Of a DNA stretch of 47,282 bases, positions 37,123-46,020 are shown piece after piece. How positions within the stretch are numbered: the stretch's first letter is position 1; every line of letters begins with the position of its first letter. The position numbers were made by a program, and so were the translations under genes. The notes beneath the pieces are model-generated. The model had not been told where the DNA came from. It was given only the letters and a program-made list of their open reading frames with translations, and made no database searches. Source of the DNA: a virus (lineage: Duplodnaviria > Caudoviricetes); IMG/VR virus record IMGVR_UViG_3300029145_000004, positions 1-47,282 of that record; one strand, written 5' to 3'.

Positions 37123-37395
37123 GTGATGGATATAAAAGAGAAGATAAAACAGCGTAGGTCACAGATGTTAATTCATTCCTACTTATATTATAAACTTAAC
37201 ACTAGCATAGTGTCTGATTATACTTATGATGGGTGGGCTAAAGAACTTGTATATTTACACAAAGAATGTTATTATATTAACTTCTACGACGATGTATTTA
37301 AAGACTGGGATGGTAGTACAGGTTACCATCTTCCCTATGACAGCTGGGTTATAGGGCAAGCCACAAGGATATTAAAATACCACAATGAACATTAA
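37123..37395 (+). CDS. Stand-alone protein resembling NAD-dependent DNA ligase domain Ia
   Basis: HSYLYY.....IVSDYTYD..AKELVYL matches the LigA N-terminal HxxxYY...ISDxEYD motif. Confidence 0.65.
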   Translation: MMDIKEKIKQRRSQMLIHSYLYYKLNTSIVSDYTYDGWAKELVYLHKECYYINFYDDVFKDWDGSTGYHLPYDSWVIGQATRILKYHNEH

Positions 37396-38545
37396 TTTAC
37401 AGGTAATAAAAGGACTACTTAACAAAGAGGCATACGAAAAATATGCTCATTGGATAAACCCTGATGATACATTAAAGAAGCATTATGACCTATTAGGGGC
37501 TATACATGACTCAAAAGAAGGGGATATAACCTTAGATGAATATCTTCTATTAGCAAATCAGAAGGGTCTTACCTTCTTGGAAGAGCTAAGGGATGTAGAA
37601 GTCGGTCATGAAGCCCTCTCAGAACTCATCAGAATTGAATCTGAGCGCTCTTTTTGTTATTCCCTAGGGTTGATATGCATGGAAGCATTTGAAGGCCGTA
37701 AAACGCTTTCTGACGTGTCTGAGATGTATACAAAACTATCTGACCTAGAGAAGAGAGAGAAGATAGAGTTTATAACAGACAGTTTTGAGGAATTAGCAGA
37801 ATCTGTACACAGGGATGCAGGTATAAAATGGAGACTCCCTTCTTTACAGCAGGCACTAGGTAGTTTAAACAAAGGAGACTTTGGATTCATCTTCGCAAGA
37901 CCTGAAACAGGTAAAACTACCTTCCTAGCAAGTGAGATAAGCTACTTTGTAGAGCAGGTTGAAGGTCCGGTGTTATGGTTTAACAACGAAGAAAGGGGAG
38001 ATAAGGTAAAAACCAGGGTGTGTCAAGCTAATTTAGGCTTGTCAATAGAAGATATGTTCTCAAATTTACTAGAAAACGAGAAAATATACTTGACAAACAC
38101 TAAAAGTTTAGTTAAAATATATGACAGAGGATTCATTCACAAACGTGAAGTAGAAAGAATTGTGAAAGAACTAAACCCTTCTCTAATTGTCTTTGATCAG
38201 ATAGATAAGATTAAGGGGTTTAAGGGTGATAGAGAAGACTTAAGACTAGGAGCCATCTACATATGGGCTAGAGAGTTAGCTAAGGAACATTGCCCTATCA
38301 TAGGTGTATCACAAGCCGCAGCTTCTGGAGAGAATAAACGCTGGCTTGAAATGGATGATGTAGCAAAGAGTAAGACAGAGAAGGCAGCAGAGGCTGATTT
38401 CATTATAGGAATAGGTAAGCGTCACGACGTGGGAGAAGAAGAAACACGATTCTTACACATCATTAAGAATAAATTAACAGGGGTTCATGCAAGAATAACC
38501 TGTAGAATTGACGCTAAGATAGCTAGATATAAGGACATAACATGA
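37385..38545 (+). CDS. Replicative SF4 (DnaB/T7 gp4-like) helicase
   Basis: ARPETGKTT Walker A, NNEE, IVFDQ, IGVSQA, EADFIIGIG, KNK. Confidence 0.9.
   Translation: MNINLQVIKGLLNKEAYEKYAHWINPDDTLKKHYDLLGAIHDSKEGDITLDEYLLLANQKGLTFLEELRDVEVGHEALSELIRIESERSFCYSLGLICMEAFEGRKTLSDVSEMYTKLSDLEKREKIEFITDSFEELAESVHRDAGIKWRLPSLQQALGSLNKGDFGFIFARPETGKTTFLASEISYFVEQVEGPVLWFNNEERGDKVKTRVCQANLGLSIEDMFSNLLENEKIYLTNTKSLVKIYDRGFIHKREVERIVKELNPSLIVFDQIDKIKGFKGDREDLRLGAIYIWARELAKEHCPIIGVSQAAASGENKRWLEMDDVAKSKTEKAAEADFIIGIGKRHDVGEEETRFLHIIKNKLTGVHARITCRIDAKIARYKDIT
38090..38118 (+). promoter_or_regulatory. Sigma70-like promoter inside the helicase gene
   Basis: TTGACA-N17-TAAAAT. Confidence 0.5.
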
Positions 38546-38775
38546 GTTGGAACTACCGCATTGTAGAGAAAATAGAGAAAGAGACGGGATATACTTGGCA
38601 AGGAATTTTTGAGGTGTATTACGTAGATGGGGAACCTGCAGCAGTTTCACAGGAGGCTATTCCTATTCAATGGGAAGTAGGAGAGAATGCACATCATATA
38701 CTTACACAAATACGGGAAGCTTTTAACCATCCTGTGTTATATTTTGATGATTTCAACAACAAAGAGGTATTTTAA
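38542..38775 (+). CDS. Hypothetical phage protein
   Basis: MSWNYRIV..GIFEVYY motif; ATGA coupling. Confidence 0.7.
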   Translation: MSWNYRIVEKIEKETGYTWQGIFEVYYVDGEPAAVSQEAIPIQWEVGENAHHILTQIREAFNHPVLYFDDFNNKEVF

Positions 38776-39066
38776 ATGAGACATAAACACGCAGATATGA
38801 TTATTGAATGGGCTGAAACAGGTAAACCTGTCGAAGTTAAGTCAGTTGGCGGTAATCTTTGGCTACTAACACAAAAACCAGATTGGGTAGATTATCTTGA
38901 ATACCGATTCAAACCTGAAGTAGTTAAGTATAGATCTGCCTTGTTCAAGTATAAAAGTGGATTAGCTGTAGAATCAGCCTGTGACCCTGATATGGTAGAG
39001 ATATTCCATACATTGGATGAGTTTGTTAGATGGATAGACACAGAGTGGCAAGAGGTGGAGGTATGA
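38776..39066 (+). CDS. Hypothetical phage protein
   Basis: HKHADMIIEWA..P.W....EYRFKP motif. Confidence 0.7.
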   Translation: MRHKHADMIIEWAETGKPVEVKSVGGNLWLLTQKPDWVDYLEYRFKPEVVKYRSALFKYKSGLAVESACDPDMVEIFHTLDEFVRWIDTEWQEVEV

Positions 39067-39380
39067 AGGTAGAGATAGAAGTAGATGTTCCTAAAGGGTG
39101 GAAGGTGGTAGCTTATAGAGCGCCTCTCTATGGTGAGAATATCCTAAATGAGGAGGGACGTGCAGAAAAAATACTAGAGAGAGGCTGCGATATAAGTTGT
39201 CTTATCTTAGAAAGGGATAAAGAACGCATACGTGTTTTCCATAAAATGGAAACAGACTACCCATTAAAAGGAGACTTTATTTCTGAGGGAGATAGTCTAA
39301 TAAGATGGGAACATAAAGACTTCACAGCTCTTAAAAAAGAGATATGGAAAGAAATAACGGAGGAAGAAAATGAACATTAG
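39063..39380 (+). CDS. Hypothetical protein
   Basis: GGAGG RBS before ATG 39063. Confidence 0.6.
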   Translation: MKVEIEVDVPKGWKVVAYRAPLYGENILNEEGRAEKILERGCDISCLILERDKERIRVFHKMETDYPLKGDFISEGDSLIRWEHKDFTALKKEIWKEITEEENEH

Positions 39381-39603
39381 TAGATTTACAATATTTATGT
39401 TAGGACTTACAATTATAGGACTAGGGTATTTAGTGACAGATTGTTTAACTAGTCACCACGAAGAACCTCTTCCTGTGTTTAAGGATAGAAACATTATACG
39501 AGTGAGTAATGAGACGGTCACGGAGATGTGTTTTGAGATTAGCCCCACCATCATTAAATGCATCCGTTCAGATGGAACGAGTAGAACAATATTGAAGATA
39601 TGA
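39370..39603 (+). CDS. Single-TM hypothetical protein
   Basis: GGAGG RBS; N-terminal TM helix. Confidence 0.6.
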   Translation: MNISRFTIFMLGLTIIGLGYLVTDCLTSHHEEPLPVFKDRNIIRVSNETVTEMCFEISPTIIKCIRSDGTSRTILKI

Positions 39604-40157
39604 ACATATTAACTCTTGATGTAGAGAACACGATGTATAAGCATCAAGTTAAGAATGAGGAAGGGAAATATAACTCTAAGGATAGAGAAGGAGGTGCAGC
39701 GTCTCTTCCTCAATTCTTGGTGCAAACAGGTTTAAAGTGGAAACACAAAGAAAAAGCAGAAATAGTTAGACATATTTGTAATAAGGAGTATAATAGGAAG
39801 TATATACAAAACCAGATAGATGATGCTGATTTAATTGTAGGGTTTAACATCAAGCATGATTTGTTATGGTTAAAGCGTATAGAAATAGACATATCAAACA
39901 TTAAGGTGTGGGATTGTCAAATAGCAGAATGGCTGCTAAACTCTCAGAACATCTTAGGAAAGAACAGCCTTAATGATGCGTGTGAGAGGCATGGCTTGCC
40001 ACCTAAACTAGATATTATAGAGAACGACTACTGGTCTAAAGGAATAGATACAGACGAGATACCAGCAGATGTTTTAGCTGAATATTTAGAGGGGGATCTG
40101 GATAGGCCAGAGAGAGTATTCTTAAAACAATGTGAATTATTTGAGGTGAAGTTATGA
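39600..40157 (+). CDS. DNA polymerase A fragment 1: 3'-5' exonuclease domain
   Basis: ExoI LDVE, ExoII GFNIKHD, ExoIII YLEGD. Confidence 0.85.
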   Translation: MNILTLDVENTMYKHQVKNEEGKYNSKDREGGAASLPQFLVQTGLKWKHKEKAEIVRHICNKEYNRKYIQNQIDDADLIVGFNIKHDLLWLKRIEIDISNIKVWDCQIAEWLLNSQNILGKNSLNDACERHGLPPKLDIIENDYWSKGIDTDEIPADVLAEYLEGDLDRPERVFLKQCELFEVKL

Positions 40158-40456
40158 AGAAGGTACTAATAAACATATGTTATGGTGTATTTGGTTTATC
40201 GAAAGAAGTGTATGACATCTTAGGTCTGGATAGTAATCATGGAGATATCTATCCAGAAGACTTAGGCTATAATACAGAAGAGAAGATGCGAGCTGATAAA
40301 ACCTTGATAGCAGCTGTTGAAAAGGTCGGTTTGAAAGAGTCTTCAGGGGAATATGCAGAATTAAAGATAGTTGAAATACCTGATGATGTAGAATTTACTA
40401 TAGAAGAGTATGATGGGTTGGAGTGGATAGCAGAAAAACATAGAACATGGGAGTAG
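40154..40456 (+). CDS. Hypothetical phage protein inserted within the polA locus
   Basis: INICYGVFGLS..LKIVEIPDDVEFTIEEYDGLEWIAEKHRTW. Confidence 0.75.
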   Translation: MKKVLINICYGVFGLSKEVYDILGLDSNHGDIYPEDLGYNTEEKMRADKTLIAAVEKVGLKESSGEYAELKIVEIPDDVEFTIEEYDGLEWIAEKHRTWE

Positions 40457-40459
40457 TAT

Positions 40460-40618
40460 ATGGAAGTTTACATAGTATTATCTTATGCGGGTGACTTTTG
40501 GTGGCCTAGTGAAGTTTATAAAGATAGACAGGATGCTATAGAATTTATTAAAGAGTGCCAAGAAAATATACAGTATAGAAATTATAAATTTAAGATAATA
40601 GAGAAAACGGCATGGTAG
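40460..40618 (+). CDS. Small hypothetical protein (52 aa)
   Basis: GGAG RBS; fills the gap. Confidence 0.5.
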   Translation: MEVYIVLSYAGDFWWPSEVYKDRQDAIEFIKECQENIQYRNYKFKIIEKTAW

Positions 40619-40764
40619 ATAGAATAGAAAATGCACAAGAGAACGTAGCAGAATGTAGAAAACTTATAGAAGAACTATTGAAGGAATATAATTGTAGACT
40701 AGCCAGAGGCTATGACAGTGTTGTCCTTTATGACAATGAGTTTAATTATAAGGAATATCTTTAA
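40612..40764 (+). CDS. Small hypothetical protein (50 aa)
   Basis: Overlaps the previous stop and ends just before the polA fragment 2 GTG. Confidence 0.45.
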   Translation: MVDRIENAQENVAECRKLIEELLKEYNCRLARGYDSVVLYDNEFNYKEYL

Positions 40765-40765
40765 T

Positions 40766-41455
40766 GTGGAAAAACTTTATCGCTTGTTCCGCTTACAATG
40801 TGAGGACTTGCTTGTTCTCACTGAAATGGAGTATAATGGAATGCTCTTCGACACTAAAGGAGCATTACAAGAAGCTAACCAATTGGAGGATAGACTGGAT
40901 GAACTTTCTTTACAATTTAAAACATTGGTGCATAACCACGCTGTTGATATTAATAGTGGTAAACATATTTCTGCTGTGCTTTACGGTGGTGTTATTGAAG
41001 AAACTGTTAGAGTTGCTTGTGGAGTTTACAAATCTGGTAATAGAAGGGGTGAGGTCAAGTATAGAAATGAAAAACTTAAGCACACCTTTGAGAGACTTGT
41101 GGAGCCGCTTGATAAAACTGAAACGAAGCGTAGTAAAACACTAGTGGAAGAGGGCAAGAAAACTTCATCTTCTGAATGGAGTGTTAAAGAGGATGTACTA
41201 AAGAAGCTGAAGGCTAAGAAGTTTTGCAAACAGTTAATAGCTATTATACTAGAATATAGAGAGTTATATAAGCTAAAGAGTACATACCTGGAAGGATGGA
41301 GTAATTTAATTACATTTAAAGGATGGAATAAAGATATGATTTACGGTAAACTTAATCAATGCAATGTAGTGACTGGAAGACTTAGCAGTAATAAACCAAA
41401 TTTGCAAAATTGTGATAAAAAAACAAAGAGGTACTTAATATCTAGATATGACTAA
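40766..41455 (+). CDS. DNA polymerase A fragment 2 (thumb region)
   Basis: LTEMEYNGMLFD, INSGKHISAVLY, KLKSTY, VTGRLSSNKPNLQN; AAGGA RBS before GTG 40766. Confidence 0.85.
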   Translation: MEKLYRLFRLQCEDLLVLTEMEYNGMLFDTKGALQEANQLEDRLDELSLQFKTLVHNHAVDINSGKHISAVLYGGVIEETVRVACGVYKSGNRRGEVKYRNEKLKHTFERLVEPLDKTETKRSKTLVEEGKKTSSSEWSVKEDVLKKLKAKKFCKQLIAIILEYRELYKLKSTYLEGWSNLITFKGWNKDMIYGKLNQCNVVTGRLSSNKPNLQNCDKKTKRYLISRYD

Positions 41456-41918
41456 TGAAACTTATTATCAGAGGAATAAACATAAATGGATTAGAGATAC
41501 TGAGGATAAAAAAGAGAGACACAGACAATTAGTAAGAGAGAGTGCAGCTAGGCATAGAGGTAAAAGAGATAAAAAATCTAGAGAATGGAACAGCAAAAAC
41601 TACAATAGGGTTTTATTTGGACAGGCTAGGAGGAGTAGCAAGGTTAGGGGCTTAGCTTTTAATCTTTCTCTTGAAGATATTATAATCCCTGAGTTATGCC
41701 CCTATTTAGAAATACCGCTGACAGCTATACAGGGGCAAGGTATAGTTTGGTCTAATGCCTCTATAGATAGAATAGATAATTCTAAAGGGTATATAAAAGG
41801 AAATATAATGATTTGTTCTAGACTAGCTAATTCAATGAAACAACATGCAACTATAGAAGAAGTCTTAAGGTTTTCTAAGAATGCTATTAATATCTTTAAA
41901 GATTATGTCAATAGTTAA
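41448..41918 (+). CDS. Free-standing His-Me finger homing endonuclease inside polA
   Basis: CPYLEIPL..SIDRIDNSKGYIKGNIMICSRLANSMK. Confidence 0.85.
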   Translation: MTNETYYQRNKHKWIRDTEDKKERHRQLVRESAARHRGKRDKKSREWNSKNYNRVLFGQARRSSKVRGLAFNLSLEDIIIPELCPYLEIPLTAIQGQGIVWSNASIDRIDNSKGYIKGNIMICSRLANSMKQHATIEEVLRFSKNAINIFKDYVNS

Positions 41919-42606
41919 TGTAGATATACGAAGTCTAGAGATATACGTAGCTGCTTGGTTATCTCAGGATAGAGTCCTTCTTAAAGAACTTTTATCTGGA
42001 GAAGATCCTCATGGAAATAACCAGAGAGATTTTAATTTACCAGATAGACTCATAGCTAAAGTATTGATTTTCCGAATAATTTATGGGGGCACTGAATATG
42101 GGTTTGTTAATGACTCTGACTTCACTAGGGTGTCTACCTCCAAGAACTATTGGAGAGGTGTTATAGATAAGTTCTACTCTAAGTATAGAGGTATTGCTTC
42201 TTGGCATGATGGGCTATTACAAGAGGTGGGTAGAACAGGTAAGATAGTAACTCCCTTCGGGAGAGTGTTTAACTACGGAAGGAAAGAGAATGGAGACTTG
42301 CCAGCTTCTGCTATAAAGAACTACATTGTTCAAGGTACAGGGGCAGACATAGTAGCAATGGCTAGAGTGTCTATGTTCAAGCGATGGAAGAAGAGTGGTA
42401 TAGAAGGGAAATTAATAAATACTGTGCATGACAGCATTGTGATTGATTGTCCTTCTAAAGAAGTAGACAAGGTTGTAGCATTAACAAACGAAGTGTTTAG
42501 AGATCTACCGGGAAACATTAACAAGATGTTTGGGGTGGATTTCAACCTACCTGTGAAGGTAGAGATAGCAGTAGGACCAAATCAGAAAGACTTAAAGGAG
42601 TTATAA
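41905..42606 (+). CDS. DNA polymerase A fragment 3 (palm/fingers, motifs A-C)
   Basis: Motif A VNVDIRSLE, motif B RLIAKVLIFRIIYG, NYIVQGTGAD, motif C TVHDSIV. Confidence 0.88.
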   Translation: MSIVNVDIRSLEIYVAAWLSQDRVLLKELLSGEDPHGNNQRDFNLPDRLIAKVLIFRIIYGGTEYGFVNDSDFTRVSTSKNYWRGVIDKFYSKYRGIASWHDGLLQEVGRTGKIVTPFGRVFNYGRKENGDLPASAIKNYIVQGTGADIVAMARVSMFKRWKKSGIEGKLINTVHDSIVIDCPSKEVDKVVALTNEVFRDLPGNINKMFGVDFNLPVKVEIAVGPNQKDLKEL

Positions 42607-42809
42607 TGAAGCACACTAGAGAAGAGGTAGTAAAGATACTTTCTATAATTTTTTCAGTAGAAAATGGAGAGAACTTATCTGTTAGGGAGTTATGTAGCAG
42701 AGCTACATCGAGTAGGAATAAAGATTCATTATATGGTATGAATCTAGCTTTAGTATCATATCTATCAAAAGTGGTAGATGACTTGTTAGAAGATAGTAAA
42801 AAGGCGTGA
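42606..42809 (+). CDS. Hypothetical protein
   Basis: AGGAG RBS; TAATG coupling. Confidence 0.6.
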   Translation: MKHTREEVVKILSIIFSVENGENLSVRELCSRATSSRNKDSLYGMNLALVSYLSKVVDDLLEDSKKA

Positions 42810-42834
42810 CATAGGGGTATATTTGTAGTAGAAT
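42806..42834 (+). promoter_or_regulatory. Sigma70-like promoter upstream of the HNH/SSB genes
   Basis: GTGACA-N17-TAGAAT. Confidence 0.45.
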
Positions 42835-42874
42835 ATCATTTTTAAACATAAGGATAGAAACAAATGCAGATAAC

Positions 42875-43336
42875 ATGGATCTAGATTATTATAAGGAGAA
42901 ATTTCATAATAAATATGAGATAATAACGGAGACCGGGTGTTGGATATGGACAGGTAATATAAATCATTGGGGATATGGTATGATGTGGAGTACCTCTGGT
43001 AAAGTTAGAGCTCATAGAGTATCATACGCTCTTCATTATGATGACTTTGATCCTAATAAACTTATCTTACATTCTTGTGATGTGCCCTGTTGTGTTAATC
43101 CTAGTCACTTAAGACAAGGAACTCAGGCAGATAATATGAGGGATGTAGCGAATAGATGTAGAAGTGGCCTTATTAGAGGTAAGGCTAATAGGTCTAGTTT
43201 ATCTGTAAGAGATGTTAACCTTATTAGAATCCTTTATAAGGTTTCCGGTTTACAACAGAAAGACCTAGCTGTAATGTATGACGTAGATCAGTCAGTAATA
43301 AGTAAGATTATAAACTTTAAAATATGGAATAAATGA
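42875..43336 (+). CDS. HNH homing endonuclease with C-terminal HTH
   Basis: GCWIWTG..GYG..AHRVSY..ILHSCDVPCCVNPSHL..GTQADNMRD. Confidence 0.9.
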   Translation: MDLDYYKEKFHNKYEIITETGCWIWTGNINHWGYGMMWSTSGKVRAHRVSYALHYDDFDPNKLILHSCDVPCCVNPSHLRQGTQADNMRDVANRCRSGLIRGKANRSSLSVRDVNLIRILYKVSGLQQKDLAVMYDVDQSVISKIINFKIWNK

Positions 43337-43902
43337 TGATTATAACAGGAACAGTAGTATCAGTAGAACGTGATGTAGATATTCCTAAGAAGGCTGGAGG
43401 TAGTTATGTAGGTACTCGATTAACCTATCGAGATAGCCAAGGAAGTTTAAAGGAGCAAAATTGGCATCCTAACGGACTTAAATATAACCATGCTGTGCGT
43501 AACACTGTAGAAGAATTAGAAGCAGGTGAGAAGTTCACTATGACTAAGGAAAAGAATGATAAAGATCACTGGGATGTTAAAACCTTAATTAAAGGGGTAG
43601 TTGCTTCTGGAGAAGCACCTGCCAAGCCGCAAGGACAGCCTTATACGAAACCAGCAGGTAATAGTGGCGGTGGAGGTAATTGGCCTACAGCTGAGGAGCG
43701 TAAAGCTACACAAACACACATTATTAGACAGAACAGCATCACTAATGCTGTAAACTTTGTGTCACAAACAGCACAGAAGAAAGATCAAACAGTAGCAACG
43801 GTGTTGCAAGTAGCTGCTCAGTTTGAAGCTTTTGTTCTCACTGGTGACACTGGTGATATGAATGGTTTGGTGAGTGATGATTTAGACACTGGTATTGATT
43901 GA
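43333..43902 (+). CDS. Putative single-stranded DNA-binding protein
   Basis: OB-like N-terminus, G/P-rich linker, acidic tail; sits between polA and the exonuclease. Confidence 0.55.
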   Translation: MMIITGTVVSVERDVDIPKKAGGSYVGTRLTYRDSQGSLKEQNWHPNGLKYNHAVRNTVEELEAGEKFTMTKEKNDKDHWDVKTLIKGVVASGEAPAKPQGQPYTKPAGNSGGGGNWPTAEERKATQTHIIRQNSITNAVNFVSQTAQKKDQTVATVLQVAAQFEAFVLTGDTGDMNGLVSDDLDTGID

Positions 43903-44606
43903 TGCTTGCTCTCGTAGACGCAGATACCCCAGTTGTGTCATCTGCTAAGTCTGCTCAATATAAGGAGTTATTTGTAGCAACATCTAGACTAGATAAAACT
44001 ATAGATAACATCCTGTCTAATAGCGGGTGTACTTCTTATAAACTGTTTGTATCTGGAGGGAAAAATTTCCGTAAGGAAATAGATCACCTCTATAAAGCTA
44101 ACAGACCTACAGAGCCTATTAAATGGCGTAGAGAGTGTCATGAACACTTGATAAAGAAGTGGGGAGCTATAGAGACAGATGGATATGAAGCTGATGATGC
44201 TGTAGGATGTGAACAGAGATATGATGGCTCCACTATCATTTGTGGGATAGATAAAGACTTGATTATGATATCAGGGCTTCATTATCAATGGCCAATAGTA
44301 AGAGGCGGTCACGTAGTGAGGGAAGAACTGTTTCACGATATAACCCCTGAAGAAGGTATTAGGAAGTTCTTTATACAAGCCTTAACAGGGGATACTACGG
44401 ATAACATCTTTGGTATTAAGGGAGTTGGTCCTGTAAAAGCAGAGAAGCTTTTATCTGAGTGTAAAACAGAAGAAGAGATGTACGAAGTAGTGAAGGATCA
44501 ATATGGAGAAGGTGCTGAGGGATTGTTACATAAAAACTTAGATCTTCTATGGATATGGAGAGAGTATGGTATTACATACTCCATTAAACGTGAAATATAT
44601 TCTTAA
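43899..44606 (+). CDS. 5'-3' exonuclease / RNase H (T7 gp6/FEN-like)
   Basis: LVDAD, NFR, YKANR, EADD, DKDL, GDTTDNIFGIKGVGPVKA. Confidence 0.9.
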   Translation: MMLALVDADTPVVSSAKSAQYKELFVATSRLDKTIDNILSNSGCTSYKLFVSGGKNFRKEIDHLYKANRPTEPIKWRRECHEHLIKKWGAIETDGYEADDAVGCEQRYDGSTIICGIDKDLIMISGLHYQWPIVRGGHVVREELFHDITPEEGIRKFFIQALTGDTTDNIFGIKGVGPVKAEKLLSECKTEEEMYEVVKDQYGEGAEGLLHKNLDLLWIWREYGITYSIKREIYS

Positions 44607-44615
44607 GGACAGTAT

Positions 44616-44891
44616 ATGAAAAAAGTATTAGCATTCGTATTTGTAGTATCTATGTTGTTTTCTAGTGTTGGTAGCGCAGCTACTTGTACTGGAGACTATC
44701 ACATTTTTAAAGCATTCATTAATGTGAATGGTCAATATCAGTTTTATCGAAACTACCTTAGTGCTGAGGCTGTAATTAATGACGTACAAGCTAATCCTTC
44801 TATTAGTGGAAAGGTAACTAGTCAAGATGCTTCTTGTGATAAAATCACTACATGGCTCTTCGCTAATGGAGATTTCTGGTTAGTTCGTTAA
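44616..44891 (+). CDS. Exported protein with a cleavable signal peptide
   Basis: MKKVLAFVFVVSMLFSSVGSA|AT; two Cys in the mature part. Confidence 0.65.
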   Translation: MKKVLAFVFVVSMLFSSVGSAATCTGDYHIFKAFINVNGQYQFYRNYLSAEAVINDVQANPSISGKVTSQDASCDKITTWLFANGDFWLVR

Positions 44892-45259
44892 TGAAGTCCC
44901 CTGTCCCTGAATGGACAGACGCAAGGTTTAAGTCTTTTATAATCTCTGCTTTGAGAGGGTCTTTTAGGAGGTACCCTCCTAAGCAGCAGTGTATAGAGAA
45001 TGCCTACACTACTACTAAGATTAATCCTAAAACTGGTAGGAAGTGTAAGCACTATTTATGTAATGAATGTAAAGTGGACTATCCTAGGAAAGAAGTGGTA
45101 GCTGATCACATAAAACCAATTGTAGATCCAAAGAAAGGGTTTATAGACTTTAACACATGGATAGAGAGAGCCTTCATAGCCTTGAAGGGCTTCCAGTGTT
45201 TATGTGTAGGTTGTCACAAACTTAAGTCTGCCGAAGAACGAAAGAAAAGGAAAAAATGA
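44891..45259 (+). CDS. HNH endonuclease
   Basis: CNEC..VADHIKPIV..QCLCVGCHKLKS. Confidence 0.8.
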   Translation: MKSPVPEWTDARFKSFIISALRGSFRRYPPKQQCIENAYTTTKINPKTGRKCKHYLCNECKVDYPRKEVVADHIKPIVDPKKGFIDFNTWIERAFIALKGFQCLCVGCHKLKSAEERKKRKK

Positions 45260-46020
45260 CTAGACACATTTATATATCTGATCCGCAAATAAAGCCAGGT
45301 AGAGATACAGCGTTCCTTAATGCTATAGGAAACTATTGTGCAGATAAGAAACCTGATTCCATAATTCTAGCAGGTGACTTCGCTGACATGCCCTCTCTCT
45401 CCTTATATGACGTAGGTAAGAAGAGTTTTGAGGGGAGAACATATAAAGCTGACATAGATAGTGTTCATGCCGGTATGGATGTTCTTATGTCTCCTATTAA
45501 CAATGAAATAAATAGGATAAGGAAGAACAAAAAGAAGCAATGGAAACCTCGTCTTGTACTCACTCTTGGTAATCATGAGCATAGAATTAATAGAGCCATA
45601 GACCTAGACAGAAAGTTAGACGGGCTTATCTCCATTGATGACTTGAAATATGAGAGTTGGGGTTGGGAAGTTGTTCCTTTCTTGGAACCAATTAACATTG
45701 ATGGGGTCTTATACTCCCATTATTTTACATCAGGGGAAATGGGGAGAGCTATATCGTCAGCTAGACAAATTCTACTGAAGAAACATATGTCCTGTGTTGC
45801 AGGACACAAACAGGGAAGAGATGTCTCATATGACAAGAGAGGAGACGGAAGACAGATAACAGCTATTATAGCAGGTAGTAGCTATCCTGATGATGAGGAA
45901 TATCTAGATCATCAGTCCAATAAACATTGGAGAGGTATAGTTCTTCTAAACTCTGTTACAGACGGGCAGTTTGATGAATGCTTTATAAGTACAGAGTATC
46001 TACTTAGAAAATGGTTATGA
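45256..46020 (+). CDS. Calcineurin-like metallophosphoesterase
   Basis: ISDPQ, GDFAD, LGNHE, SH, GHKQ motifs. Confidence 0.85.
   Translation: MTRHIYISDPQIKPGRDTAFLNAIGNYCADKKPDSIILAGDFADMPSLSLYDVGKKSFEGRTYKADIDSVHAGMDVLMSPINNEINRIRKNKKKQWKPRLVLTLGNHEHRINRAIDLDRKLDGLISIDDLKYESWGWEVVPFLEPINIDGVLYSHYFTSGEMGRAISSARQILLKKHMSCVAGHKQGRDVSYDKRGDGRQITAIIAGSSYPDDEEYLDHQSNKHWRGIVLLNSVTDGQFDECFISTEYLLRKWL

Noticed and set aside
40764-41144. Overlapping 126-aa ORF inside polA fragment 2
   Set aside because: Alternative frame without motifs; the AAGGA RBS serves the in-frame polymerase GTG at 40766 equally well
41440-41920. Group I intron in polA around the endonuclease
   Set aside because: The endonuclease ORF overlaps both polymerase fragments; no non-coding space and no P7 elements like those in the nrdJ intron
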